DNA from: Pseudomonas aeruginosa
Lineage (GTDB): Bacteria > Pseudomonadota > Gammaproteobacteria > Pseudomonadales > Pseudomonadaceae
Reading direction: 5' to 3'
Assembly: GCF_001457615.1 (NCBI RefSeq)
Contig: NZ_LN831024.1
Coordinates: 1,110,001 to 1,142,000, forward strand
Length of the DNA: 32,000 bases
The notes under the pieces are model-generated. The model was not told where the DNA came from and did not search any database. It saw only the letters and a program-made list of their open reading frames with translations. A program made the translations under genes and the position numbers. Positions 9,507 to 19,173 of this stretch are shown piece after piece (the stretch's first letter is position 1; every line of letters starts with the position of its first letter).

Positions 9507-10460
9507 TCATTCGCGCGGGTGCACGCCGACCCAGTAGCGGGTGACGCGCCGTACCTCCACGGGCAGCACCGCCGGCAGGGTGGCGAGGATCCGCTCGCTA
9601 TCGTCCAGCGGATAGCTGCCGGAAATCCGCAGGCCGCCGATGCGCGGGTCGCAGCCCAGCCGGCCGGGGCGGTAGCGCGCGACTTCGGCGAGGAATTCGT
9701 CCAGGCGCATGCCGGCGGCCACCAGCATGCCGTCGGTCCAGGCGCCGCTGCCGACCGGCAGCGGCTGCGGAGCGCCGAGTCGCTCGCGGTCGAAGTCCAG
9801 TTGCCGGCCGCTGGGCAACAGCAGGCCCTGGCCGGCGCGGTTCTCCACCTGTACCGCGCCTTCGTGGACGGCGACGCGGGTGCGTCCGGCGAACTGGCGC
9901 ACGTCGAACCGGGTGCCCACCGGTCGCAGCCGGCCTTCCGCGCTGTACACGTGCAGCGGGCGCGGGTCGTGGCCGGTGCTGAGCTGGATTTCCCCGCGCA
10001 GCAGGAGCAGGCGCCGTTCGCCGGCATCGAAGCGGACATCCACCGCCGTGTCGCTGTTCAGCTCGAGGCGACTGCCGTCGGCCAGGGCCAGGCGCCGGCG
10101 TTCGCCGACGCCGGTGGCATAGTCGGCGCTCCAGCGCTGCAGGCTGCCGCTCTCGCGCAGGCCCCAGGCGCTGCCGCCGGCGGCCAGGACCAGCAGCAGG
10201 GTCTTCAGCGCGCGCCGGCGTTGCGGCGAATGCGGTGCGTTGATGGCGGCCAGGGCCAGTGGCGTGCCTATCCCGGCCAGGCGCTGGTTGACCGCCTCGA
10301 TGTGGCGCCAGGCCTGCTCGTGTTCCGGGGCCGCCTGGCGCCAGCGCTGCCAGGCCTGGCGCAGGCGTTCGTCGTCGGCGCCGCCCTGCAGCTCGACCAG
10401 CCAGCGCACGGCCTGTTCAGCCACCTGCGGCGGCACCTTGGGTGCGGCGGGCAGGCTCAT
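9507..10460 (-). CDS. fecR: FecR-type transmembrane anti-sigma / sigma regulator
   Basis: ATG 10460 overlaps the fecI stop as ATGA. 317 aa starting MSLPAAPKVPPQVAEQAVRWLVELQ. Single TM (LKTLLLVLAAGGSAW) and a periplasmic FecR domain. The track ORF extends upstream out of context. Confidence 0.9.
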   Translation of the reverse strand: MSLPAAPKVPPQVAEQAVRWLVELQGGADDERLRQAWQRWRQAAPEHEQAWRHIEAVNQRLAGIGTPLALAAINAPHSPQRRRALKTLLLVLAAGGSAWGLRESGSLQRWSADYATGVGERRRLALADGSRLELNSDTAVDVRFDAGERRLLLLRGEIQLSTGHDPRPLHVYSAEGRLRPVGTRFDVRQFAGRTRVAVHEGAVQVENRAGQGLLLPSGRQLDFDRERLGAPQPLPVGSGAWTDGMLVAAGMRLDEFLAEVARYRPGRLGCDPRIGGLRISGSYPLDDSERILATLPAVLPVEVRRVTRYWVGVHPRE

Positions 10461-10966
10461 GGCAGCTCGGCGAAGTAGCAGCGTTGCGCAGCCTTGAGCA
10501 TGTAGCGCTTGACGCTGCTCAGGGAGATGCCCAGCTGCGTGGCGATCTCGGCGTAGCCCAGGCCGTCGAGCTGGGCCAGCAGGAAGGTCTCCTTGGCCAG
10601 CGGCGGCAGACCGTCGAGCAGACGGTCCAGCTCGACCAGGGTCTCCAGGACGATGGCGCGGGTCTCTTCGCTGGGGACTTCCCGCTCGGGCAGGCTGGCC
10701 AGGGCTTCCAGGTAGGCGCGCTCGACGTCCTGGCGGCGGTAGTGGTTGCACAGCACGCGGCGGGCGATGGTGGTGAGGAAGGCGCGCGGTTCGTCGATGC
10801 GCGCGGCCTGGCGCGAAACCAGGACCTTGACGAAGGTGTCCTGGGCCAGGTCGGCGGCGTTCTGCGGGCAGCCGAGGCGGCGCCGCAGCCAGCCCGTGAG
10901 CCAGTGGTGGTGGTCGCTGTAGAGGGTATGCAACGCGGCCGCATGGGCGAGGTCGGCGCTCGACAC
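10457..10966 (-). CDS. fecI: ECF sigma-70 factor, FecI group
   Basis: 169 aa with a GTG start at 10966. Region 2 DLAQDTFVKV and region 4 HTH GYAEIATQLGISLSSVKRYM. Confidence 0.9.
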   Translation of the reverse strand: MSSADLAHAAALHTLYSDHHHWLTGWLRRRLGCPQNAADLAQDTFVKVLVSRQAARIDEPRAFLTTIARRVLCNHYRRQDVERAYLEALASLPEREVPSEETRAIVLETLVELDRLLDGLPPLAKETFLLAQLDGLGYAEIATQLGISLSSVKRYMLKAAQRCYFAELP

Positions 10967-10996
10967 CTGGACATTCCCGGAGCAGAAGGATTAACG

Positions 10997-11018
10997 AATG
11001 ATAATAGTTATCATTTTA
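10997..11018. promoter_or_regulatory. Fur box upstream of fecI
   Basis: gataatagttatcatttta (11000-11018) matches the 19-bp Fur consensus GATAATGATAATCATTATC at 14 of 19 positions by hand alignment. It lies 34-52 nt upstream of the fecI start in an AT-rich patch. Confidence 0.7.
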
Positions 11019-11066
11019 TGCTGCGGGAATGCCTGCCTACAACCGCAGGCTGTCGGCGCCTGGCTT

Positions 11067-11957
11067 TCAGGAGGCTTTCAGGGCGGCGCGGTACTGCCCC
11101 GGGGTGGCGCCATGGGCTTCGCGGAAGCGCCGGTTGAAATGGCTCGGACTGGCGAAGCCGCAGGCCAGCGAGACCTCCTGGAGCGGCTGCGCGGAGTACG
11201 CCAGCAGGTCGCGGGCCCGCGCCAGGCGTCGTTCCAGCACGTAGCGGTGCGGCGGCAGGCCGAAGGATACGCGGAACATGCGCGCGAAGTGGTACTCGGA
11301 GAGCGCCGCCAGCTCCGCCAGCGACCCCAGTTCCAGCGGCTGCTCCAGGTGGCTTTCGATGTAGTCGGCCAGGCGCCGCCGCACGTGCGCGGCCAGCCCG
11401 CCCTGCCAGCGTACGTCGGTACGCCTGCCGCACCCGGTGAGCAGCAGGTGGTCCACCGCCTGGTGGGCGAGGCTGGTGCATAGCAGGCGCTCGCCGGGTT
11501 CGTTCCAGTCCTGTCGTTCCAGGGTCCGGCACAGGGCGGCCAGCGGCTCGTCCTGGATGTAGGTGCGCTCCTCCAGTTGCAGGCTGCGTGGTTCGCAATC
11601 GAGGGTGCGTACCGCCGCGCCGGCCAGGCGTTCCGGGCTTATGTACAGGTGCATGAAGCCCAGGCCGCGTGTCACCGCCCAGTCGGAGTGGTGTTCGGCC
11701 GGCATCACGCAGAAGCGGTCGGGGCCGCCATAGAGCCCGGGACGATCGCGGCGGAAGGTCTGCCAGCCGCCCTGCAGGTAGAGCGACAGGGTGTGATGGC
11801 CGGGGTCGCTGTAGCCGAGGATCTCCGCTTCGTCGCGGTACCAATGGGCGAGCGCCAGGCCGTCGCTGAGCGTGCTGCTGCGCAGCAGGCGCGCATTGGA
11901 GGTCCGGTCGAGGGTGCGGAATACCTGGAAATCACTGGGTTGGTGCATGCCGGCCAT
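11067..11957 (-). CDS. AraC/XylS-family transcriptional regulator
   Basis: C-terminal double HTH LAELAALSEYHFARMFRVSFGLPPHRYV...SLACGFASPSHFNRRFREAHGATPGQYR. Start is ATG 11957 or ATG 11948. The track start 12053 would overlap the divergent promoter region. Confidence 0.85.
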   Translation of the reverse strand: MAGMHQPSDFQVFRTLDRTSNARLLRSSTLSDGLALAHWYRDEAEILGYSDPGHHTLSLYLQGGWQTFRRDRPGLYGGPDRFCVMPAEHHSDWAVTRGLGFMHLYISPERLAGAAVRTLDCEPRSLQLEERTYIQDEPLAALCRTLERQDWNEPGERLLCTSLAHQAVDHLLLTGCGRRTDVRWQGGLAAHVRRRLADYIESHLEQPLELGSLAELAALSEYHFARMFRVSFGLPPHRYVLERRLARARDLLAYSAQPLQEVSLACGFASPSHFNRRFREAHGATPGQYRAALKAS

Positions 11958-12073
11958 GCTACCCGCGCCCGGACGCTGCCGCGAGAGGCGGCGGATGAAA
12001 AGCGCAAGAATGGACAATGGTCGCGCCCGGCCTCGCCCGCAGACTGACGGCATCCTGTCGTTGCGGAGTCGCC

Positions 12074-12976
12074 ATGAATCTTTCGCTGTACCTGCTCACC
12101 GTGCTCATCTGGGGCACCACCTGGATCGCCATCAAGCTGCAGATGGGCCCGGTGGCGATCACCCTGTCGATCGCCTACCGCTTCGCCCTGGCGGCGCTGG
12201 TGCTGTTCGCCGTGCTGCTGCTCGGCCGCCGCCTGCAAAGGCTGGACGCACGGGGCCAACGCCTGTGCATGGCCCAGGGCGTATGCCTGTTCTGCCTGAA
12301 TTTCATCTGCTTCTATACCGCCAGCCAGTGGATTCCCAGCGGCCTGGTGGCCGTGGTGTTCTCCACCGCCACCCTGTGGAATGCGCTGAACGCCCGCCTG
12401 TGGTTCGGCCAGCGCATCGCGTCGAACGTGATGGCCGGTGGCGGTCTCGGCCTGCTCGGCCTGGGGCTGCTGTTCTGGCCGGAATTGGTGGGTCACCAGG
12501 CCACCCCGGAAACCTTCTACGGCCTCGGCCTGGCCCTGCTAGGCACGCTGTGCTTCTCCACCGGCAACATGCTTTCCAGCCTGCAACAGAAGGCCGGCAT
12601 CCGCCCGCTCACCGGCAATGCCTGGAGCATGCTCTACGGCACCCTGATCCTCCTGGCGCTGTGCCTGTTCCAGGGCGTGCCGCTGAATTTCGACTGGAGC
12701 GCGCGCTACGTCGGCTCGCTGCTGTACCTGGCGATCCCCGGCTCGGTGATCGGCTTCACCGCCTACCTGACCCTGGTCGGGCGCATGGGCCCGGATCGCG
12801 CCGCCTACTGCACCGTGCTGTTCCCGGTGGTGGCGCTGAACATCTCGGCCTTCGCCGAGGGCTACCGCTGGACCGCACCGGCGCTGGCCGGGCTGGTCCT
12901 GGTGATGCTCGGCAACGTCTTGGTGTTCCGCAAGCCGAAGGCGCCGGCGCTGGCCGGGCCGGCGCGCTCGACCTAG
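12074..12976 (+). CDS. EamA/DMT-superfamily permease (10 TM, two EamA repeats)
   Basis: ATG 12074 with GGAG at 12065-12068. 300 aa of hydrophobic repeats starting MNLSLYLLTVLIWGTTWIAIK. Divergent from the AraC gene. Confidence 0.85.
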   Translation: MNLSLYLLTVLIWGTTWIAIKLQMGPVAITLSIAYRFALAALVLFAVLLLGRRLQRLDARGQRLCMAQGVCLFCLNFICFYTASQWIPSGLVAVVFSTATLWNALNARLWFGQRIASNVMAGGGLGLLGLGLLFWPELVGHQATPETFYGLGLALLGTLCFSTGNMLSSLQQKAGIRPLTGNAWSMLYGTLILLALCLFQGVPLNFDWSARYVGSLLYLAIPGSVIGFTAYLTLVGRMGPDRAAYCTVLFPVVALNISAFAEGYRWTAPALAGLVLVMLGNVLVFRKPKAPALAGPARST

Positions 12977-12993
12977 CGGAGAGGGAGGCGCGC

Positions 12994-13971
12994 TCAGCCG
13001 CGTCGCCACACCTGCGGATTGACCAGGTCCAGCGGCCGCTCGCCGCGCAAGGCCGCCTCGAAGTTCTGCAGCGCCCGCTCGGCCATGGCCCGGCGGGTCT
13101 CGTGGGTGGCCGAGCCGATGTGCGGCAGGGTCACCACGTTGTCCAGGGCGAACAGCGGCGATTCGGCCAGCGGTTCCTTCTCGTAGACATCCAGGCCGGC
13201 GCCGAGGATGCGCTTCTCCCGCAGGGCGGCGACCAGCGCGGCCTCATCGACCACCTGGCCGCGGGCGACGTTGACCAGGATCGCCGAGGGTTTCATCAGG
13301 CCCAGTTCGCGCGCACCGATCAACTGCCGGGTCTGCGCTCCCAGCGGCACCACCACGCAGACGAAGTCGGCCTCGCCGAGCAGTTCGTCGAAGCCGAGGA
13401 AGCGCGCGCCGAGTTCCTGTTCCAGTTCCGGCTTGCGGTTGTTGCCGTGGTAGAGCACCTGCATGCCGAAGCCGAAACGGCCGCGCCGGGCGATGGCCGC
13501 GCCGATCCGGCCGAGGCCGAGGATGCCGAGTTTCTTGCCATGCACGTCGGTGCCGAACTGCGGGGCGTCGACGGTGCGCTTCCAGTTCCCGGCCTTGACC
13601 CAGGCGTCCAGCTCGGCGACCCGTCGCGCGGCGCTGATCAGCAGGGCGAAGCCGAGGTCGGCGGTGGTCTCGGTGAGGACGTCGGGCGTGTTGGTGAGAG
13701 CGATGCCGCGGCGGTTCAGGTAGTCCAGGTCATAGTTGTCGTAGCCGACCGAGACGCTGGAGATGACTTCCAGCTGCATCGCCTGTTCCAGTTGCCTGGC
13801 GCCGAGCGGCCGGCCGACGCCGATCATGCCGTGGGTATCGGGCAGGGCGGCGGCGTACTGGGCGTCGATGTCGCCCTGTTTCGGTTCGAGCACGCGGACG
13901 TTGAACTGGCATTGCAGGCGTTCGAGATGCTCGGGGGCGAGGCGACTGAAGACGAAGACGTTCTTTTTCAT
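12994..13971 (-). CDS. D-isomer-specific 2-hydroxyacid dehydrogenase (glyoxylate/hydroxypyruvate/2-ketogluconate reductase type)
   Basis: ATG 13971, 325 aa. NAD-binding fold GILGLGRIGAAIARR, catalytic region VARGQVVDE and PHIGSAT. The track ORF's first 79 aa are upstream junk. Confidence 0.9.
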   Translation of the reverse strand: MKKNVFVFSRLAPEHLERLQCQFNVRVLEPKQGDIDAQYAAALPDTHGMIGVGRPLGARQLEQAMQLEVISSVSVGYDNYDLDYLNRRGIALTNTPDVLTETTADLGFALLISAARRVAELDAWVKAGNWKRTVDAPQFGTDVHGKKLGILGLGRIGAAIARRGRFGFGMQVLYHGNNRKPELEQELGARFLGFDELLGEADFVCVVVPLGAQTRQLIGARELGLMKPSAILVNVARGQVVDEAALVAALREKRILGAGLDVYEKEPLAESPLFALDNVVTLPHIGSATHETRRAMAERALQNFEAALRGERPLDLVNPQVWRRG

Positions 13972-14065
13972 GACGGGACTCTGCAAGCGGGAGCGAAAGC
14001 GCCGACCATACCACCGCCATCGAAGCGGCGGGCAGGGGCCCGCCACTGGGCGGGCGATTATCGGC

Positions 14066-15019
14066 TCAGGAGGGTCTTCCGAGTTCCAGGCCCAGCTCCA
14101 CCAGCGCCGCTTCGTCGCGCTGGAGCAGGCCGGGCAGGCTTTCCTTGAGGTATTCCACCCAGGTCTTGATCTTCGCGTCGAGATACTGCCGCGAAGGGTA
14201 CAGCGCATAGACGTTGAGCTGTTGCAGGCGGTGTTGCGGCAGGACCCGCACCAGGGTGCCCTTGCCCAGGTCCTCGATGGCCGAATACACCGGCAGGATG
14301 CCGATGCCCAGCCCGGAGCGGATTGCCTCGGTCATGGCGTCGCCGACATTGACCTGGAACGGCGAGGCGCCGATGGAGACCATTTCCTGGCCGTTGGGAC
14401 CGTCGAACAGCCAGCGATCCAGCGGCACCACCGGGCTGACCAGGCGCAGGCAGTCGTGGCTGGCCAGCTCCGAAGGCTCGCTCGGCGTGCCGTTCAGGCG
14501 CAGGTACTCCGGCGAGGCGCAAAGAATGCTGTAGGTCTCGCCGATGCGCTGGGAAATGAAGCCGGAATCGGGCAGCTCGGAGGCCACCACGATGGCCACG
14601 TCGAAGCCCTCGTCGAGCAGGTCCGGCACGCGGTTGGCCATGGTCAGGTCGAAGGTCACGTCGCGGTACTGCTGGCGGTAGCCGGCGATGGCGCGGATCA
14701 CGTAGTGCTGGCCGATGCCGGTCATCGAATGCAGCTTCAGCTTGCCGGCGGGTCGGGCATGGGCGTCGCTGGCTTCGGCCTCGGCTTCCTCGACGTAGGC
14801 GAGGATCTGCTCGCAGCGCAGCAGGTAGCGCTGGCCGGCCTCGGTGAGGGCGATGCGACGAGTGGTACGGTTGAGCAGGCGGGTGCGCAGGTGCGTCTCG
14901 AGGTTGGCCACCGCCCGCGAAACATAGGCGGTGGTGGTGTTGAGCTGCTGGGACGCCGCGGTGAAGCTTCCGGTTTCCGCCACGCAGACGAAGGCTCGCA
15001 TGTTTTGCAGGGTGTCCAT
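14066..15019 (-). CDS. LysR-family transcriptional regulator, divergent from the efflux operon
   Basis: 317 aa. ATG 15019 preceded by AGGAGG. N-terminal HTH MRAFVCVAETGSFTAASQQLNTTTAYVSRAV. Confidence 0.9.
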   Translation of the reverse strand: MDTLQNMRAFVCVAETGSFTAASQQLNTTTAYVSRAVANLETHLRTRLLNRTTRRIALTEAGQRYLLRCEQILAYVEEAEAEASDAHARPAGKLKLHSMTGIGQHYVIRAIAGYRQQYRDVTFDLTMANRVPDLLDEGFDVAIVVASELPDSGFISQRIGETYSILCASPEYLRLNGTPSEPSELASHDCLRLVSPVVPLDRWLFDGPNGQEMVSIGASPFQVNVGDAMTEAIRSGLGIGILPVYSAIEDLGKGTLVRVLPQHRLQQLNVYALYPSRQYLDAKIKTWVEYLKESLPGLLQRDEAALVELGLELGRPS

Positions 15020-15082
15020 CGACGGGGCCTCCTAGGCACGCGCAGAAGTGTGTCAGATTGTTGCGATGGCGGATTATTTCAC

Positions 15083-15099
15083 ATTACGCAATAAACAAT
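15083..15099. promoter_or_regulatory. Candidate LysR-type (T-N11-A) operator in the divergent intergenic region
   Basis: ATT-acgcaataaac-AAT dyad (ATT-N11-AAT) within the AT-rich stretch between the LysR gene and the efflux operon. Confidence 0.35.
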
Positions 15100-15234
15100 C
15101 GCACTTGAGCCAGCTTATCAGCAGCCGCCAGCCTCTTAAAATTCATCGGCCCCCGAGCGCACGAACGCTCGAGCGGGTTGAACGGCGCCCGTACCGTTCA
15201 AATTCCGTGCTTCGCCCCTCCAGGATCAGACAAC

Positions 15235-16755
15235 GTGCCGCGTGCTCTCAGGAAGGAACTGACCTTGGTCGGCTCCTTCGTCGGTTTTCTCGTCGTTTTC
15301 TCCGCAATATCCGGTTGTGTCAGTACAGGCGATATCGCCCCCGAGGCCGCCACGCTCGACGTCAACGCCCTGGCCACCGACCATGCGATCCAGGCTGCCG
15401 CCCGCGAGGCCGGCTGGCCGCAGGCGCAGTGGTGGAAGGTGTATGCCGATCCGCAGCTGGACGCCTGGATCGAGAAGGCGCTGGACGGCAATCCAGGCCT
15501 GGCGGTAGCCCATGCGCGGGTACGCCAGGCGAAGTCCATGGCCGGGCTGGTGGAGTCCATCGAGTCGCCGCAGATCGAGGGCAAGGGCTCGCTGGTCCGC
15601 CACCGCTGGCCGGACGACTATTTCTACGGCCCCGGCGACCTGGCGCGGACCACTTCCTGGAACAACTCCACCGAGATCGGCCTGAACTACAAGCTCGATC
15701 TCTGGGGGCGCGACCGCAGCGACAGCGAGCGCGCCGTCGACCTGGCCCACATGGCCGCCGCCGAGGCGCGCCAGGCGCAGCTCGAGCTGGAGGGCAACAT
15801 CGTCCGCGCCTACGTCCAGCTCTCGTTGCAGTACGCCGAGATGGACATCGCCAAGGCCATGCTGCAACAGCAGCGCGACATCCTCGCCCTGGCCCAGCGT
15901 CGCCTGCGCGGCGGCATCGGCACGCATTTCGAGGTCAGCCAGGCGGAAGTGCCGCTGCCCGAGACCGAGCGCCGCATCGAGGTGATCGACGAAGAAATCC
16001 AGCTCACCCGCAACCTGCTCGCCGCCCTGGCCGGCAAGGGCCCGGGCGAGGGCCGCACGATCCGCCGGCCAAGCCTGAACCTGGCGGCGCAGCCGAGCCT
16101 GCCCAGCGCCTTGCCGGCCGAACTGCTCGGTCGCCGCCCGGATGTGGTCGCCCGCCGCTGGCAGGTCGCCGCCCTGGCCAAGGGCGTGGACGTGGCGCGC
16201 GCCGACTTCTACCCCAACGTCGACCTGATGGCCTCGGTCGGCTTCAGTGCCGTCGGCGGCGGCATGCTGGAGTTCTTCCGCAGCGCCAAGTACACCTACA
16301 GCGCCGGCCCGGCGGTGACCCTGCCGATCTTCGACGGCGGCCGCCTGCGTTCGCAGTTGGGCGAGGCGGCGGCCGGCTACGACGCGGCGGTGGAGCAATA
16401 CAACCAGACCCTGGTGGATGCGCTGAAGAACATTTCCGACCAGTTGATCCGCCTGCATTCGGTGGACATCCAGAAGGACTTCGCCGCGCAATCGGTGGCT
16501 TCCGCGCAGAAGACCTACGATATCGCCACCCTGGCCTACCAGCGCGGCCTCACCGATTACCTCAACGTGCTCAACGCGCAGACCCGGCTGTTCCAGCAGC
16601 AACTGGTCCAGGAGCAGGTGCAGGCCGCCCGGCTGGCCGCCCATGCCAGCCTGCTCACCGCCCTCGGCGGCGGCGTCGGGGCCGGCGCCGATACGCCGGT
16701 GCAGCGGAAGCTGGCGCCGGAGAACGTCCCGGTCAGAGCGGTGTCTTCGCGATGA
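15235..16755 (+). CDS. NodT-family outer-membrane efflux lipoprotein (OMF)
   Basis: GTG 15235 with AGGA 9 nt upstream yields a lipoprotein signal VPRALRKELTLVGSFVGFLVVFSAISGC (lipobox ISGC). The track start 15178 is TTG with 19 extra non-signal residues. OEP repeats throughout. Confidence 0.85.
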   Translation: MPRALRKELTLVGSFVGFLVVFSAISGCVSTGDIAPEAATLDVNALATDHAIQAAAREAGWPQAQWWKVYADPQLDAWIEKALDGNPGLAVAHARVRQAKSMAGLVESIESPQIEGKGSLVRHRWPDDYFYGPGDLARTTSWNNSTEIGLNYKLDLWGRDRSDSERAVDLAHMAAAEARQAQLELEGNIVRAYVQLSLQYAEMDIAKAMLQQQRDILALAQRRLRGGIGTHFEVSQAEVPLPETERRIEVIDEEIQLTRNLLAALAGKGPGEGRTIRRPSLNLAAQPSLPSALPAELLGRRPDVVARRWQVAALAKGVDVARADFYPNVDLMASVGFSAVGGGMLEFFRSAKYTYSAGPAVTLPIFDGGRLRSQLGEAAAGYDAAVEQYNQTLVDALKNISDQLIRLHSVDIQKDFAAQSVASAQKTYDIATLAYQRGLTDYLNVLNAQTRLFQQQLVQEQVQAARLAAHASLLTALGGGVGAGADTPVQRKLAPENVPVRAVSSR

Positions 16756-18947
16756 GCGGCCGCTCCGCTGGTTTCGCCCTGCCCAGCCGCGACGAGTGGC
16801 GGCACGCGCTGGCCGAGTGGGCGCGCAGCGACGGGGCGACCTGGATCTACGTGTTCAAGGTGCTCTGCGCGGCCTTCCTGACCCTCTGGCTGGCGATGCG
16901 CCTGGAATTGCCGCAGCCGAGCACGGCGACCATCACCGTGTTCATCGTCATGCAGCCGCAGAGCGGCCAGGTGTTCGCCAAGAGCTTCTACCGCATCCTC
17001 GGCACCCTGGTCGGCCTCAGCGTGATGGTTACCCTGATCGCCCTGTTCGCCCAGGAGCGAGTGCTGTTCCTGCTCAGCTCGGCGATCTGGATCGGCCTCT
17101 GCACCGCCGGGGCCGCCCGCTACCGTGACTTCCGCTCCTACGCCTGCGTGCTCGCCGGCTACACCGCGACGCTGATCGGCATCCCCGCCACCAGCCATCC
17201 GGAAGGCGCCTTCATGCAGGCGATCTGGCGGGTCCTGGAAATCAGCCTGGCGATCCTCTGCTCGGGGGTGGTCAGCGCGGTGATCATGCCGCAGACCACC
17301 AGCGCGGCGATGCGCAATGCGCTGTACGTGCGCTTCGGCCTGTTCGCCGCGTTCGTCCTCGACAGCCTGCGCGGGGTCGGCGGGCGCGAGCGCTTCGAAA
17401 GCAGCAACGTGGCCTTCGCCGCCCAGGCCGTGGGCCTGGAGACGATGCGCGCGGCGAGCGCCTTCGAGGATCCGCACATGCGCCTGCGCAATGGCCGGCT
17501 GATTCGCCTGAGCAGCGAGTTCATGGCCATGAATACCCGTTTCCACGCCCTCCACCAACTGCTCGAACGCCTGCGCGCGCAGGGCTCCACCCAGGTGCTG
17601 GAAGCGTTCGAACCGTGCCTGGAGGAAATCACCGGGCTGCTCGAGGAGATCCGTGGCCGCGCCGTCACCGACCATGACGCCGAGCGCTTCGCCCAGCGCC
17701 TCGCCGACTGCCGCGAACGCCTGATGGCGCGCATCCGCCAGGCGCGCGGAGAACTGCTGGCGCGGGAGCCGGGCGAAGAGGCGCGGCTGGACTTCAATAC
17801 CGCCGCCGAGCTGCTCTACCGTTTCGCCGAGGAGATGCACGACTACGCCCTGACCCATGCCTCGCTGGCCGCCCACCGCCACGAGCGCGAGCAGTGGAAG
17901 GACGCCTTCACCGCCAAGGCCAACGCGGTGGCGGCGGCAGTGGCGGGGATGCGCACCGGGTTGATGATCCTGCTGTTCGGCTGTTTCTGGATCTACAGCA
18001 CCTGGCCCAGCGGCGGCACCTTCGCCCTCAACGCGGTGGCGGTCTCGGCGCTGGCCTCGGCGGCGCCGAACCCGAAGAAGGTCGCCATGCAGATGGCCAT
18101 CGGCACCATGGCGGCGGCGCTGCTCGGCTTCAGCGAGATGTTCTTCGTCTACCCGCATATCGACGGTTTCCCGCTGCTATGCCTGGTACTGGCGCCGGTG
18201 TTCGCCCTCGGCGCGTTCATCTCCTCGCGGCCGCAGTGGGCCGGCTACGGTCTCGGCCTGCTGGTGTTCTTCTGCTTCGGTTCGGTGCCGGCGAACCTGA
18301 CCGTCTACGACCCGGCCCACGTGATCAACGAGTACATCGCCCTGATCCTCTCGATGCTGCTCTCGGCCGCGGCCGCCGCGGTCATTCTGCCGCCCAACAG
18401 CGCCTGGCTGTGGAAGCGCCTCGAGCGCGACCTGCGGATGCGCGTGGTGTTCGCCATCAGCGGCAGGAGCAGGGGGCTTGGCTCGGCCTTCGAAAGCGGT
18501 ACCCGCGACCTGCTGAACCAGGCCTATGGCGTCGCCGCCGGGCGCCCGGACGTGCAGCGCGGGCTGCTGCGCTGGATGTTCCTGGTGCTCGAGGTCGGCC
18601 ACGCGATCATCGAGCTGCGTCGCGAGCAGGAGCGCCTGCCGGACGAACCCTGCTACGCCGAGGCCATGCCCTGGCGCCAGGCGATCCGCGCCATGGGGCG
18701 GGCCCTGATCCGGCTGTTCGTGCGCCCCGGTGCGGAGAACCTGGAGCGCGCCCTGGCGGCTGTCGACCAGGCCATCCACGCGGCCAGGCACACCGACGAA
18801 CCCTGCGCGCCGCACTTCGACAGCTCGCCGCTACGGCGGGTGCGCAGCTACCTGCACTTCATCCGTTCTTCCCTGCTCGCGCCGACCTCGCCACTGACCG
18901 AACTGGCCGGCCGGACGAGCGGCCAAGGTACCGTCCATGCCTCGTGA
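16752..18947 (+). CDS. FUSC (fusaric-acid-resistance / AaeB-like) inner-membrane efflux protein
   Basis: ATG 16752 overlaps the OMF stop as ATGA. 731 aa with two hydrophobic blocks separated by a long cytoplasmic helical region. The upstream part of track ORF 15048-18947 is out-of-frame read-through of the OMF gene. Confidence 0.85.
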   Translation: MSGRSAGFALPSRDEWRHALAEWARSDGATWIYVFKVLCAAFLTLWLAMRLELPQPSTATITVFIVMQPQSGQVFAKSFYRILGTLVGLSVMVTLIALFAQERVLFLLSSAIWIGLCTAGAARYRDFRSYACVLAGYTATLIGIPATSHPEGAFMQAIWRVLEISLAILCSGVVSAVIMPQTTSAAMRNALYVRFGLFAAFVLDSLRGVGGRERFESSNVAFAAQAVGLETMRAASAFEDPHMRLRNGRLIRLSSEFMAMNTRFHALHQLLERLRAQGSTQVLEAFEPCLEEITGLLEEIRGRAVTDHDAERFAQRLADCRERLMARIRQARGELLAREPGEEARLDFNTAAELLYRFAEEMHDYALTHASLAAHRHEREQWKDAFTAKANAVAAAVAGMRTGLMILLFGCFWIYSTWPSGGTFALNAVAVSALASAAPNPKKVAMQMAIGTMAAALLGFSEMFFVYPHIDGFPLLCLVLAPVFALGAFISSRPQWAGYGLGLLVFFCFGSVPANLTVYDPAHVINEYIALILSMLLSAAAAAVILPPNSAWLWKRLERDLRMRVVFAISGRSRGLGSAFESGTRDLLNQAYGVAAGRPDVQRGLLRWMFLVLEVGHAIIELRREQERLPDEPCYAEAMPWRQAIRAMGRALIRLFVRPGAENLERALAAVDQAIHAARHTDEPCAPHFDSSPLRRVRSYLHFIRSSLLAPTSPLTELAGRTSGQGTVHAS

Positions 18948-19137
18948 AATCGCCATCCATGGGGTCTACATGCCGACCCTGACGCTGTTGTTCGTGATCG
19001 CCGCGGCGCTCACCTGGGGGCTCGACCGGATCTTCGCCTCGGTTGGCCTGTATCGCTTCACCTGGCACCCGGCGCTGTTCCGGGTCAGCCTGTTCGCCTG
19101 CCTGTACGGCGGCCTGTCCCTGACCATCTACCGCTGA
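18937..19137 (+). CDS. DUF1656-type small two-TM membrane protein (AaeX-like efflux accessory)
   Basis: 66 aa starting MPREIAIHGVYMPTLTLLFVIAAALTW. Overlaps the FUSC 3' end by 11 nt. Conserved position between the FUSC and MFP genes. Confidence 0.7.
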   Translation: MPREIAIHGVYMPTLTLLFVIAAALTWGLDRIFASVGLYRFTWHPALFRVSLFACLYGGLSLTIYR

Positions 19138-19173
19138 GGCGGTAGCGCACCTCTTCGTTATCGTGAGCCGACC

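Noticed and set aside
9303-10478. 391-aa plus-strand ORF opposite fecR
   Set aside because: It is an antisense shadow of fecR with low-complexity Ala/Gly/Gln composition.
11705-14148. ORFs 11705-12496 (-) and 11872-14148 (+, 758 aa)
   Set aside because: They cross gene boundaries (AraC, DMT, dehydrogenase) in the wrong frames or strands, whereas the real genes have clear family motifs.
15178-15234. TTG 15178 as the OMF start
   Set aside because: It adds 19 residues ahead of a canonical lipoprotein signal peptide. GTG 15235 has a properly spaced AGGA.
15048-16751. N-terminal 568 codons of track ORF 15048-18947
   Set aside because: This is an out-of-frame read-through of the OMF gene, rich in Arg and Pro. 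The FUSC protein begins at ATG 16752, which overlaps the OMF stop.
16557-18158. 533-aa minus-strand ORF, and ORFs 17894-18982 (+) and 18859-20031 (-)
   Set aside because: They are antisense or out-of-frame shadows of the FUSC and MFP genes.
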